Assembly: GCA_903922735.1 (NCBI GenBank)
Contig: CAIXUZ010000022.1
Span: 8,997-72,996, forward strand
Direction of reading: 5' to 3'
Length of the DNA: 64,000 nucleotides
Source: an uncultured Verrucomicrobia subdivision 3 bacterium
Lineage (GTDB): Bacteria > Verrucomicrobiota > Verrucomicrobiia > Limisphaerales > UBA11358
This document shows positions 35,110 to 44,268 of the stretch, piece after piece; positions within the stretch are counted from its first letter, which is position 1; every line of letters begins with the position of its first letter. The translations under genes and the position numbers were made by a program. The notes under the pieces were generated by a model. It made no database searches, was not told the origin of the DNA, and was given only the letters and a program-made list of their open reading frames with translations.

Positions 35110-37506
35110 ATGCCGAACGGCCAAAACGAAGCCTTCTCTCGTGTCTTGATTGACAAGGCATTAGAGTTTAGCGGGTGGAACCTGCTCGACCCGCATGAGG
35201 TTCGGTTTGAACTTAATAGCGAATCAGGCCGTGCCGATTATGTTTTGATGGCCCAACGCGGAACGCCGTTATGCGTTCTGGAAGCCAAACGCGAGGACGT
35301 TGACCCTTACGATGCCAAGGAGCAGGCACGCGGCTACACCGAAAATTTACACGCTCCGTTCATCATTCTTTCCAACGGCAAGGAGCATTGGTTTTGGAAC
35401 TTCACCCGTAAAGACCAAGACGCCTACCGCATTGAACGATTGCCGTCACGGGCGGATTTGGAACGGTTGCTTCTCAAAAATCTCCAGCCACCACGCCCTT
35501 TGATGAGCGAAATCATCACGCCGGATTATCTGCGGGCGTTCAAATCAGATTTCAAGGTGCGCCGTTATCAAATCAATGCCTTGGACACCGTATCGTCTCA
35601 GTATGACGAACAGCGCAAACGGAAATTCCTATTGGAAATGGCGACCGGCACCGGCAAGACAATGTTGTGTGCGGCGTTGATTCGTCGTTTTCTCCAGACA
35701 CGAAACGCCGAACGTGTCTTGTTCATCGTTGACCGGATTGAACTGGCGAAGCAAACGCTGGAAGATTTCAACGTCGTGCTTGCCGAGTTCAAGCCGGTGT
35801 TGTTCAAGACGGCCCGCCGTAAGCCTGCCGAGTTGCTCGGTTCAAGCGTCGTGGTCGCCACGATTCAATCACTCATGGTTGACCGTCGTTACCGTGAGGA
35901 ATTTACGCCGTTCTTTTTTGACCTCGTGGTCAACGACGAGGCCCACCGTTCCATTTACGGCGATGCCCGCGAAGTGGTTCAATTCTTTCAGGCAACACGC
36001 ATCGGCCTGACGGCCACGCCCAAGGCGTATCTGAAAAACATCAACGTCGCGGCATTGCAGGAAGAAAACCCGAAGGCACTGGAAGCACGGTTCCTGCGTG
36101 ACACCTACCATTACTTCGGCTGCGAACCCGGCTTTCCAACTTTCCGCTACGACATCATCGATGCGGTCAAAGACCCCGAAGGCCCGTTCTTGTGTCTGCC
36201 AAAGATTTTAGACCTGCGTTCTGACATCACCACCAAAGCCCTTGAAGAATCAGGTTGGGCTGTCATGGTAAATGAGCAGGAGGAAAGTTTCAAAATCCAA
36301 GACCTTGAACGGAAAATTTTCACGCCGACCCGCAATCGTGTCATGTGTGAGGCGTTCTTGAAAGAGGCGCAACGTGACCCGACGGATAAAATCGGCAAAT
36401 CCATTGTGTTCGCGGTGAACCAAAATCACGCCACCGCCCTCACCAAAATATTCAACGACATTCAGCCAGGCATCGCCGTCACCATCACCAGTCGGGTTCA
36501 AGATGCTTCATCCATCGCCAAGGAATTCCGTGACGGCAAACGCAGTGAACGCATCGCGGTATCAGTGGATATGCTTTCCACCGGTTACAATTGCCGTGAT
36601 GCCCTCAACATCGGCTTGATGCGTCCGATTTTCTCGCCGACGGAATACATTCAAATCAAAGGGCGAGGCACACGGCTTTTTACGTTCAAGGTCGGCAACA
36701 CCGAATACGAAAAGAAAAATTTCTTCATCCTCGATTTCTGTGCCGTCGCTGAATACTTCGAGGAAAAATACGATTACACGTTGCCGCTGAAAATCCCTCG
36801 CGAGAAAAAAGAACTGCCGCCGCCGATTCCATATCCACCTCTCACTGGTGGCGGTGAACCGATTCACGAGCCGGGCGGTACTACCGAACCACCGCCGCCG
36901 CGAATCATTCCGACATGGGAAGGCGTGGACACACTGGTCAGCCGTGAAATAACGATTGTCGGGCCGGACGGCGAAAAGGTGGACGTGATGACATTCCGTG
37001 GCGGCTACGAGCGTGACATCCGCGATTTCGTTGACCGCACGCCCGATTTGAAAGCCGCAATTGAAGCCGAGGACGACGACACGGTTGAAACCATCGTCAA
37101 CGAGCAGTTTTATCACCGGCCAAAAATGTATTATTCGTCGGACAAACTCGTCCAGTCCTACGGCGTTCCGGCCAGCACACCGGCATTCGTGTATAATGCC
37201 GTCGGGCGGAAACCGTTGCCGACCCGTGATGCGATTGTGACTGACACCGTGGACAGCATCGCCGCTCGGTTCAATCTTCGATACAACGAACAGAAATGGG
37301 TGGACACCACCGCCCAATTAATTGCCGAGGATTCCACGGCGTTGCGGCGTTTTATGACGGGCGACATCACCGTTTTTACGGCCAATCAGTTTCGCACGCT
37401 TGGCGGGCTGGATGCTTTGGCACGGTTTGACCACCGTGATGAAGTTTTTGAAGCCCTGCGCCAGTCAACCCTTGTCCGTCAATCCATGCTCACATCAAAT
37501 AGCTAA
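35110..37506 (+). CDS. hsdR: Type I restriction endonuclease subunit R
   Basis: N-terminal nuclease-like GRADYVLM...LCVLEAKRE. Helicase motif I LLEMATGTGKT and motif II VVNDEAHRS. Operon with hsdM and hsdS. Confidence 0.88.
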   Translation: MPNGQNEAFSRVLIDKALEFSGWNLLDPHEVRFELNSESGRADYVLMAQRGTPLCVLEAKREDVDPYDAKEQARGYTENLHAPFIILSNGKEHWFWNFTRKDQDAYRIERLPSRADLERLLLKNLQPPRPLMSEIITPDYLRAFKSDFKVRRYQINALDTVSSQYDEQRKRKFLLEMATGTGKTMLCAALIRRFLQTRNAERVLFIVDRIELAKQTLEDFNVVLAEFKPVLFKTARRKPAELLGSSVVVATIQSLMVDRRYREEFTPFFFDLVVNDEAHRSIYGDAREVVQFFQATRIGLTATPKAYLKNINVAALQEENPKALEARFLRDTYHYFGCEPGFPTFRYDIIDAVKDPEGPFLCLPKILDLRSDITTKALEESGWAVMVNEQEESFKIQDLERKIFTPTRNRVMCEAFLKEAQRDPTDKIGKSIVFAVNQNHATALTKIFNDIQPGIAVTITSRVQDASSIAKEFRDGKRSERIAVSVDMLSTGYNCRDALNIGLMRPIFSPTEYIQIKGRGTRLFTFKVGNTEYEKKNFFILDFCAVAEYFEEKYDYTLPLKIPREKKELPPPIPYPPLTGGGEPIHEPGGTTEPPPPRIIPTWEGVDTLVSREITIVGPDGEKVDVMTFRGGYERDIRDFVDRTPDLKAAIEAEDDDTVETIVNEQFYHRPKMYYSSDKLVQSYGVPASTPAFVYNAVGRKPLPTRDAIVTDTVDSIAARFNLRYNEQKWVDTTAQLIAEDSTALRRFMTGDITVFTANQFRTLGGLDALARFDHRDEVFEALRQSTLVRQSMLTSNS

Positions 37507-38387
37507 TGATTATGGCAAAAACCAAGGAAAAGCCAAAATCATGGAAAGATAAGCGCAAAATTGCCCGGCACAGTTGGACTCTCCCGTTTGTGTGGTTCGA
37601 ATGGTGTTGCGAGTGGATTTCCTATTGGTTTAGCCATTGGGCATTTCTTGAGGTTTTAGAGTATCTCGGAAAACTTTCTCTACTAGGTGCGCTATTCGTT
37701 TATATTTTTAGTGCGGGAGAAAGACGAGAAGCAGCCAATAATCAAAAGAAAGCAAAGCAATACCAAGCGTGGCAAATGATAAATTCTGCGTCTGGTTTAG
37801 CTGGTGACGGGGGGCGAAAATTAGCCTTGGAAGACCTCAATGGAGATGATGTTAGGTTAGATGGAATTAATTTGAACAATGCCGTGCTTCATTCGGTCGT
37901 GCTTAAATGCGCAATCATGAAAAATGGCAACCTTAATAATACTGACCTCTCATCTGCAAATATTAGCCTCTCGACGTTTTATAAGGCTACATTCCTAAAA
38001 TCATATTCAGTTGGAGCTTGGTTTCGTGAAAATTCGTTCATAGGAGCGGTCGCAAAACAAGCAGTTTTCATTAATTGCCATTTTAAAGATTCTACATTTG
38101 AAGGCGCTGACCTTCGCGGAGCAGAGTTTGCAGACTGTGAAATTAAAAATTCACGTTTTAATTTTTCAGATTTACGCAACGCTACGTTTTCCTCCAACCT
38201 TGAAACCAACCATAATTATTTTTACGGAGCAAATATTCAGGGAATCAAGGCTTCGCCATCACTTCAGGCGACAATGATAGCTCAAGGAGCCGTGATGATT
38301 GAAAAAGACGCACTTTGGGAAAAATATAAGCGTGAGCAAGGTTTTGACCTAGAATTGCAAGAAATGCGTTTTGAAATGCGACCTTAA
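37506..38387 (+). CDS. Membrane-anchored pentapeptide-repeat protein embedded in the type I R-M operon
   Basis: Hydrophobic N-terminus (WTLPFVWFEWCCEWISYWFSHWAFL, LSLLGALFVYIF), then tandem A(D/N)LxX-type pentapeptides (ADLRGAEFADCEIKNSRFNFSDLRNATF). TAATG overlap with hsdR. Confidence 0.8.
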   Translation: MIMAKTKEKPKSWKDKRKIARHSWTLPFVWFEWCCEWISYWFSHWAFLEVLEYLGKLSLLGALFVYIFSAGERREAANNQKKAKQYQAWQMINSASGLAGDGGRKLALEDLNGDDVRLDGINLNNAVLHSVVLKCAIMKNGNLNNTDLSSANISLSTFYKATFLKSYSVGAWFRENSFIGAVAKQAVFINCHFKDSTFEGADLRGAEFADCEIKNSRFNFSDLRNATFSSNLETNHNYFYGANIQGIKASPSLQATMIAQGAVMIEKDALWEKYKREQGFDLELQEMRFEMRP

Positions 38388-38394
38388 ATATTTT

Positions 38395-39894
38395 ATGGAT
38401 ATAGACTCTTCAAAATCCAATTTCTTTTCCTCTGGTCTGCGTCAGAAAGTTGACCAGTTGATGGACATTCTTTACGCGGGCGGCGTGAACAACCCGATGG
38501 ATTCCATCGAGCAATGCTCCTACCTGCTGTTTCTGCGGCTGTTGACGGAGAAAGACGATACGCTGGCACGGCTCGACAAAAAATACACCCGTATCTTTTC
38601 CGGCAACTGGTCACGTTATGCTTGGGGCAATTTCGTCACGCTCGCGGGGGACAATCTTTTCAATGCCGTCCGTGATGCGATTGAAAAACTTCACGAACTC
38701 CCCGGCCTCACTGACACCGGCAAACTTTTGTTCAGCCGTGCCACGTTGAAAATTTATGACCGGCCCACGCTCCGTGCGGTCATCCAAGGCATTCACGAAA
38801 TGGATTTGGCCGCCCACGACGGACACGATTTCAAGGGCGATATGTATGAATATCTGCTCTCGAAACTCGCGGCGTCCGGCACGAACGGTCAATTCCGCAC
38901 GCCACGCCATATCATTGACTTGATTGTTGAATTGGTGAATCCGCAGCCCGTCCAGCGTATCTGCGACCCGGCTTGTGGCACGGCTGGCTTTTTGATTTCA
39001 GCACTGGTCCATATCCTGCGCCAGAACACCAAACCCGCCGACCTCAAACGTGGCCTTGCGGATGGCTCGATGCTCAAACCGGCACAGTGGAAATTTCTGG
39101 AAGAACAGGCGTTCACTGGTTTCGACAATGACGCCAACATGGTCAAGATTGCCATTCTCAATCTCTACCTTCACCAGTTGGAACGTGCCAAGATTGACCA
39201 TTTCAATGCGCTGACCACCGGCTTCGGCGGCAATTATCCCGGCAAAATGTTTGATTGTATCCTCGCGAACCCGCCATTCTCCGGCAAGGTTCAGGACGAA
39301 AGTATTCTGGCCGACCTGAATTACAAGTTGGATACCCGTGCCACCGAATTGCTCTTTTTGAAATGGTTTGTTGACCATCTTGCGCCAAATGGAAGGGCGG
39401 GCGTCATCGTGCCGAATGGCGTTCTGTTTGGCTCAACCAACGCCGCGACTAAACTGCGTGAAATGCTAATGACGGAATGTGATTTACAAGCCGTCATCAG
39501 TTTGCCGAGCGGAGTTTTCAAGCCCTATTCAGGCGTCGGCACTGCCGCCCTCATTTTCCAAAAAGGCAAACCGACGCAATCCGTCTGGTTCTATGACATG
39601 ACCGCCGACGGATTCAGTCTCGACGACAAACGCGGGCCAATTGAAGCCAATGACATTCCCGACGTGGCAGTAAAGTGGCCGGGCCGTGATGAAGGTGCAA
39701 ACAGTTACCGTGTGCCGATTGAGAAAATTAAGGCGAATGATTGGAGTCTCGCGGCGGGCCGTTACAAGCCGGTGACAACGGTAGCGGTGAACCATGACGA
39801 CGCAGCGGATATTCTTGGCGACGTGCTGAAACTGGAAAGCGAAATCATCAAACGCGGCAACGCTCTACTCGCTCAAATCAGCGGTAAGAAATGA
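38395..39894 (+). CDS. hsdM: Type I R-M N6-adenine DNA methyltransferase subunit M
   Basis: FRTPRHII, ICDPACGTAGFL (motif I) and ILANPPFSGK (NPPF, motif IV). The ATG at 38395 lies inside the track ORF 38371-39894. Confidence 0.92.
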   Translation: MDIDSSKSNFFSSGLRQKVDQLMDILYAGGVNNPMDSIEQCSYLLFLRLLTEKDDTLARLDKKYTRIFSGNWSRYAWGNFVTLAGDNLFNAVRDAIEKLHELPGLTDTGKLLFSRATLKIYDRPTLRAVIQGIHEMDLAAHDGHDFKGDMYEYLLSKLAASGTNGQFRTPRHIIDLIVELVNPQPVQRICDPACGTAGFLISALVHILRQNTKPADLKRGLADGSMLKPAQWKFLEEQAFTGFDNDANMVKIAILNLYLHQLERAKIDHFNALTTGFGGNYPGKMFDCILANPPFSGKVQDESILADLNYKLDTRATELLFLKWFVDHLAPNGRAGVIVPNGVLFGSTNAATKLREMLMTECDLQAVISLPSGVFKPYSGVGTAALIFQKGKPTQSVWFYDMTADGFSLDDKRGPIEANDIPDVAVKWPGRDEGANSYRVPIEKIKANDWSLAAGRYKPVTTVAVNHDDAADILGDVLKLESEIIKRGNALLAQISGKK

Positions 39895-41003
39895 AACGCT
39901 GGCCGACAAAACCGCTGGGTGAAGTGGCACAAGTATCTGCTGGCGACCCAGCCCCGCAACGACCCGAAGATTTCTCGGACGATGGTTTTCCGTTCGTGCG
40001 GATGCAGGATGTTGGTCGTTTTGGGCAAACAACGAATCTGGTTGAAACGAAAGACAAGGTTTCAGCTTCGGCTTCATCAAAATTAAAACGCTTTCCCGCT
40101 GGCTCAATTCTTGTCCCGAAAAGTGGTGCGTCCATCCGACTTAATCATCGGGCAATTCTCGGCATCGAAGCACACGTCGTAAGTCACCTTGCAGTCATTG
40201 TGCTAAAGGCATCAATGGTGCCACGCTTTGCTTACTATTGGCTTTGCGGAATAGATTTGTCCGGCGTTGCTCACGATGCGGACTTACCTTCCATGAAAAC
40301 ATCGGAGTTGGCAAAACTCCAAATTCCCGTTCCGCCGCTGGTGGAGCAGGAACGGATTGTGAAATTGCTGGATGAAGCAGACGAGTTGCGGAAAATCCGT
40401 GCCAAAGCCGACAACCGCACCGCCAATTTAGTTCCCGCGCTGTTCAACGAAATGTTCGGCGACCCGGACACTAACCCCAAGAAGCTACCTATCGTTTCCT
40501 TGGGCAACCTTCTCTCATTCAAAACTGGCAAGCTCGATTCAAACGCAGCAGTCAAAAATGGAGCATACCCATTCTTTACCTGTTCCCGTGAGGATTTCAA
40601 AATTGATAGATACGCATTCGATTGTGAGGCTCTTCTACTTGCAGGAAATAACGCCGTCGGGGAATACTCGGTGAAGCACTACAAAGGAAAATTTAACGCC
40701 TACCAGCGAACCTACGTTTTGCAACTTCTCAATGCCGACCACTCATACGGGTTTATGCAACAAGCCTTACAACTTAGGCTTCGAGAATTAAAACGACTCT
40801 CGCTGGGGACGAACACCAAATACCTGACGATGGGTATTCTGACGAATATCAAAATTCCTCTGCCAGATTCCACGCTGCAACTTGAATTCGCCCAACGTGT
40901 GGCGGAAATCCGTGAGTTGGAAGCCGCACAAGCCGCCAGTCGTCAACGCCTCGAATCCCTCTTTCAATCCATGCTTCACCGTGCCTTCAACGGAGAACTT
41001 TGA
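39891..41003 (+). CDS. hsdS: Type I R-M specificity subunit S
   Basis: ATGA overlap with hsdM. Two target-recognition halves are separated by the conserved IPVPPLVEQERIVKLLDEA helix, with a C-terminal LESLFQSMLHRAFNGEL helix. Confidence 0.88.
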   Translation: MKRWPTKPLGEVAQVSAGDPAPQRPEDFSDDGFPFVRMQDVGRFGQTTNLVETKDKVSASASSKLKRFPAGSILVPKSGASIRLNHRAILGIEAHVVSHLAVIVLKASMVPRFAYYWLCGIDLSGVAHDADLPSMKTSELAKLQIPVPPLVEQERIVKLLDEADELRKIRAKADNRTANLVPALFNEMFGDPDTNPKKLPIVSLGNLLSFKTGKLDSNAAVKNGAYPFFTCSREDFKIDRYAFDCEALLLAGNNAVGEYSVKHYKGKFNAYQRTYVLQLLNADHSYGFMQQALQLRLRELKRLSLGTNTKYLTMGILTNIKIPLPDSTLQLEFAQRVAEIRELEAAQAASRQRLESLFQSMLHRAFNGEL

Positions 41004-41004
41004 T

Positions 41005-41886
41005 ATGGACGATATACGCTATTCCGAATTTCTGTTTTTACAGGCTGTTGCCAACCGGAAAATTGACCTGTTTATCTCCTGTGACGGCGGGGTGCAGGCA
41101 AAATCTATTGGCATCAAGCATGGAATGTATTCTGAAATGGCGGCTTCATTACTTGAAGATTTCTACATCCAATTTACAGACAGTTCGATTCAACTTTTTG
41201 TAGCACGGCTGCGGGGAGAACTGTTTGGCGACCACAAGACACCGGCACACTTTCACGATTACGAATGGAGCAATCCTCGTAGCACCATTCACAGTATTCT
41301 CACGCAGAGTTCTCTGCGGCAAATCGCCATCACATATCGAGGGTTACGACGAATCGAAGAACTAAGAGATTTGCTCAAGGCTGACCGCATTCTTGAAGAT
41401 TTTGGCGTTTTGTTGAGCATCCGTTATTTCCGCAGAGATTTTCAGGACGCCATCCAACGGGATGCCTCTGTCCCGGTGTCGGTGCTGTATGCCGACATGG
41501 ATGATTTCGGAAAAATTAACAAGCAATACGGGCAGGATGCTGGCGACGTTGTGATGAAATCATACCTCGAAGCATTTAGGGATGGCCTTGGTTCTTTTGG
41601 AGCTGGCTATCGCGGTGTCGGCGACGAAACATGTGCGTTGATTGTTGGTCAAGACCATCAACGTGTCTTGGAAATAGCGGAAAAAATCCGTAAGACGGTT
41701 GAAGCGATGCAATGCACGCATAACGGAAAGGCATTGCCTAAAGTCACCGCCAGCATTGGAGTTGCCACCACTCCATCACTGCCAAGAACGATGGAAGTCG
41801 AAACCGTTGCACAGGACAGACAGCGGCAAGCAAAACGCGAGGGAAAGAATCGCGTGGTAGGCACGTCGTTGCTTACCCCACCATAA
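41005..41886 (+). CDS. GGDEF-type nucleotidyl cyclase with variant signature (RGVGDET) and unassigned N-terminal domain
   Basis: VLYADMDDFGKINKQYGQDAGDVVMKSY, GYRGVGDETCALIV, TASIGVAT, AKREGKNRVV. It starts 1 nt after the hsdS stop. The track start at 40882 is an out-of-frame overlap with hsdS. Confidence 0.75.
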   Translation: MDDIRYSEFLFLQAVANRKIDLFISCDGGVQAKSIGIKHGMYSEMAASLLEDFYIQFTDSSIQLFVARLRGELFGDHKTPAHFHDYEWSNPRSTIHSILTQSSLRQIAITYRGLRRIEELRDLLKADRILEDFGVLLSIRYFRRDFQDAIQRDASVPVSVLYADMDDFGKINKQYGQDAGDVVMKSYLEAFRDGLGSFGAGYRGVGDETCALIVGQDHQRVLEIAEKIRKTVEAMQCTHNGKALPKVTASIGVATTPSLPRTMEVETVAQDRQRQAKREGKNRVVGTSLLTPP

Positions 41887-41895
41887 AAACAGTCT

Positions 41896-42483
41896 ATGAA
41901 ACCATACATAATTTACCTCGACACCTCGTTCATTGTAGAAATGTATGAGTCTGTGAAAGGCATCAATGTGCCAGTCCGTGTTGTTAAAAAAACAAACATT
42001 TCAGGCAATGTTTCGGGCGGGTTCATAAGCGGTGGAGCAACTATGGAAGAGGAAAAGGAATTTCCAATTCAATCCACCAAAATGTATGACGAATTATTTT
42101 CTGAATTGGAAAAAATTCCGTTAATCGATTTGGAAAAAGTCAAAAATGATGAAATTCCTGAATTGTTCTGGATAGAGGGCGTCTTTGGGGGTAGCCATTC
42201 ATCCATTGTGTCCGGCTCAGAAACCACATCTGCAACCGATATTTTTCTCTACCAGAATGCAATCGGAAATCCGACTCGGACAATGCCGCTTGTCACCAAT
42301 GATGCCTATTTCGTGAGTGGCTACGACCAAATTGCTAAACATGGTTGGGCGTTGACATGCGGATTTGGCATTCAAGCGCGAATGTTAAGTCGGCTTTTAT
42401 GTTTGAATAAACACAGGCCCATTGCGGCACCAATGGTTATCCTTAAAACAAGCAACGACGTGTCTCCGCTCGAAAGAAAATAA
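41896..42483 (+). CDS. Hypothetical protein (195 aa), partner of the GGDEF gene
   Basis: It starts 9 nt after the GGDEF stop and is low in GC. I see no recognisable motif and no obvious transmembrane segment. Confidence 0.6.
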   Translation: MKPYIIYLDTSFIVEMYESVKGINVPVRVVKKTNISGNVSGGFISGGATMEEEKEFPIQSTKMYDELFSELEKIPLIDLEKVKNDEIPELFWIEGVFGGSHSSIVSGSETTSATDIFLYQNAIGNPTRTMPLVTNDAYFVSGYDQIAKHGWALTCGFGIQARMLSRLLCLNKHRPIAAPMVILKTSNDVSPLERK

Positions 42484-42495
42484 AAGGATAAACTT

Positions 42496-42684
42496 TTATA
42501 CAGCAAGCGAGATTTTGGCAACCCATGCAGTTTTCTCGTTGCCCATGACAACGGAAAATCCCCTGCGCCGATACCAGTCCGGCAAATCCGGGTTGTCTCT
42601 GAAATCATGGTGTTTCACTTCGCCCTCAATCCTCTTCACTGATGCCGTTACGTCAACGTGTGATTCTTCGAATAAAGTATTCAT
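42496..42684 (-). CDS. Small hypothetical protein (62 aa), second of two tandem small ORFs
   Basis: MNTLFEESHVDVTASVKRIEGEVKHHDFRDNPDLPDWYRRRGF... It lies 33 nt downstream of the 52-aa ORF. Confidence 0.35.
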   Translation of the reverse strand: MNTLFEESHVDVTASVKRIEGEVKHHDFRDNPDLPDWYRRRGFSVVMGNEKTAWVAKISLAV

Positions 42685-42717
42685 AGATTTTAGATTGGTT
42701 AACCCCGGTCAGCGATG

Positions 42718-42876
42718 TCACCGCCGTCGCCGTGGTAATTTTAGAATGCCAACGTTCAGCGGAAACGCAATGTCTCCAACATCTCCAATGGTTATGAGTG
42801 TTTCGTGATGTTTACGCACTTTTTTACGAAAATTATCACCGGAAATATTTTGGCGTGTCAGTGATGAATTTTTCAT
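42718..42876 (-). CDS. Small hypothetical protein (52 aa), not in the ORF track (below 60 aa)
   Basis: Hand translation of the minus strand gives MKNSSLTRQNISGDNFRKKVRKHHETLITIGDVGDIAFPLNVGILKLPRRRR-stop. Confidence 0.3.
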   Translation of the reverse strand: MKNSSLTRQNISGDNFRKKVRKHHETLITIGDVGDIAFPLNVGILKLPRRRR

Positions 42877-42983
42877 GGCGATTTCAGTAAATCATATCGC
42901 CAAATGAAGTCACTATTCGCAACATCTGCAATGGTTATAGGGTCTTTGTTGAAACTTCGCCCTCTTCTGAATACGCTGACGGT

Positions 42984-43544
42984 ATGAGAGAAGATGAAAC
43001 CGAAGCCGAAATTGCCGCCATTCGAAAGCGACTACCGCAATACCGAGAATCACAGATTGCCTTTGATAAGCAGAGACAGCGCATAGCAGAGGAAAAAGCT
43101 CGAATTGAACAACAGGAGCGGGTTTTGCTGGAGGAAAAGGAAAAGTTGCAGCAGCAGGAGCAAGAGGAACAACGGCAACGGGAACTACTAAAGAAAAAAG
43201 AACAGTTGAAGCAGCAGAGGTTTGAGGAAAGAATCGCTTTCTTGTTGTCTCATCCATTGGAATCCGCAACGCAAGCGGAACGGCGGGAATTGAAACGGAG
43301 GATGAAGCAAGCAGATATAGGACGGGCAGAACTGACTCAGCAGAACATTCTCGACGAATGCAGTTCGCAGGGGCAATGCAAAGTCACTGAGGCCGACCTA
43401 AAACATGCGTTCCCGAAGGAGGTTTCACTCATTGATAAAAACATTTTTAGGCCGCAGGTTGACATCAAAGAATTCAACAAATTCTTGCTGGCAAAAAAAC
43501 TCTCTTTTTCGCTCCCCGACTACGTTTTCAAGAAATTGAAATAA
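42984..43544 (+). CDS. Hypothetical E/Q/K-rich coiled-coil protein
   Basis: 186-aa ORF with a long EEKARIEQQERVLLEEKEKLQQQEQEEQRQRELLKKKEQLKQQ stretch. The low complexity makes the coding call tentative. Confidence 0.45.
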   Translation: MREDETEAEIAAIRKRLPQYRESQIAFDKQRQRIAEEKARIEQQERVLLEEKEKLQQQEQEEQRQRELLKKKEQLKQQRFEERIAFLLSHPLESATQAERRELKRRMKQADIGRAELTQQNILDECSSQGQCKVTEADLKHAFPKEVSLIDKNIFRPQVDIKEFNKFLLAKKLSFSLPDYVFKKLK

Positions 43545-43638
43545 AAGAGGCTCTGGCAATTTGTCGGAGCCTAGTGATTTTCAATAACGCAACAAGTTGC
43601 GTATTTGATTCAATCGAGTGTTACGTCACCGCACAAAG

Positions 43639-43658
43639 AACCCGCCCGAAGGCGGGTT
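43639..43658 (-). terminator. Hairpin downstream of the 133-aa gene (possible terminator)
   Basis: aacccgcc-cgaa-ggcgggtt. On the minus strand it is followed by only a weak U-tract (tctttgtg). Confidence 0.35.
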
Positions 43659-43759
43659 GTGGCAGTTCGTTTGCAATTGTCTGAGCCGATTCCGAATCCA
43701 CCTACCCAAAGAACTGGCACAGAAACAATATCGGCGAATCGGAATTTTTGAGACCCCGA

Positions 43760-44161
43760 TTACGCGGCCTTCAAACTGTAATTGCCATCGACTAAGGTGA
43801 AAATGGCTTTGGGACCAGTGGACTTCTTTTTGAGGACGTTCTTAATCTTCCACGGACTGAACACACTGCCCACCGCCTCAACGATGGATTCAACCGTCAT
43901 CGGTTGGCCGTTCGTGGTGAGAACTTCGGCGATTTTGTCGTCCACCTTGGGCCGGAGTGAAGCCGGTTTCCACGTCGGGTCTAGTTCTTTCACTTCGATT
44001 TCCAAGGCCAGCAGTTCGCCGGTCAATTCCGTGTGACGGGCCTTGAGCGGTTCAGACAGGCCAATTCGCTGTTGCTTCAAAGCTTCAATCTGAAGATTGA
44101 TTTCGGCGAGGGCTGCGGTTGCGGTTTTGGTTCCAGTTTTCTTCGTGTCAGTCGTTTTCAT
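43760..44161 (-). CDS. Hypothetical protein next to the integrase (N-terminal coiled coil; possible DNA-binding or recombination-directionality role)
   Basis: The ATG at 44161 (MKTTDTKKTG...) lies inside the track ORF 43760-44173. The functional suggestion rests on position only. Confidence 0.45.
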   Translation of the reverse strand: MKTTDTKKTGTKTATAALAEINLQIEALKQQRIGLSEPLKARHTELTGELLALEIEVKELDPTWKPASLRPKVDDKIAEVLTTNGQPMTVESIVEAVGSVFSPWKIKNVLKKKSTGPKAIFTLVDGNYSLKAA

Positions 44162-44268
44162 GGTCGTTGTCAATTTGTTGTTTCAAGGTGTCGAGTTGTT
44201 CGGCACGTCTGGATTGCTGACAGGAAATCCGCACCCCGGCAACGAGCGGCGCAAAAAAGTTTATGGGG

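Noticed and set aside
34690-35124. 144-aa minus-strand ORF between attL and hsdR
   Set aside because: It has no motif and odd composition, it overlaps the hsdR start, and it lies in the att-proximal non-coding arm. It is probably spurious.
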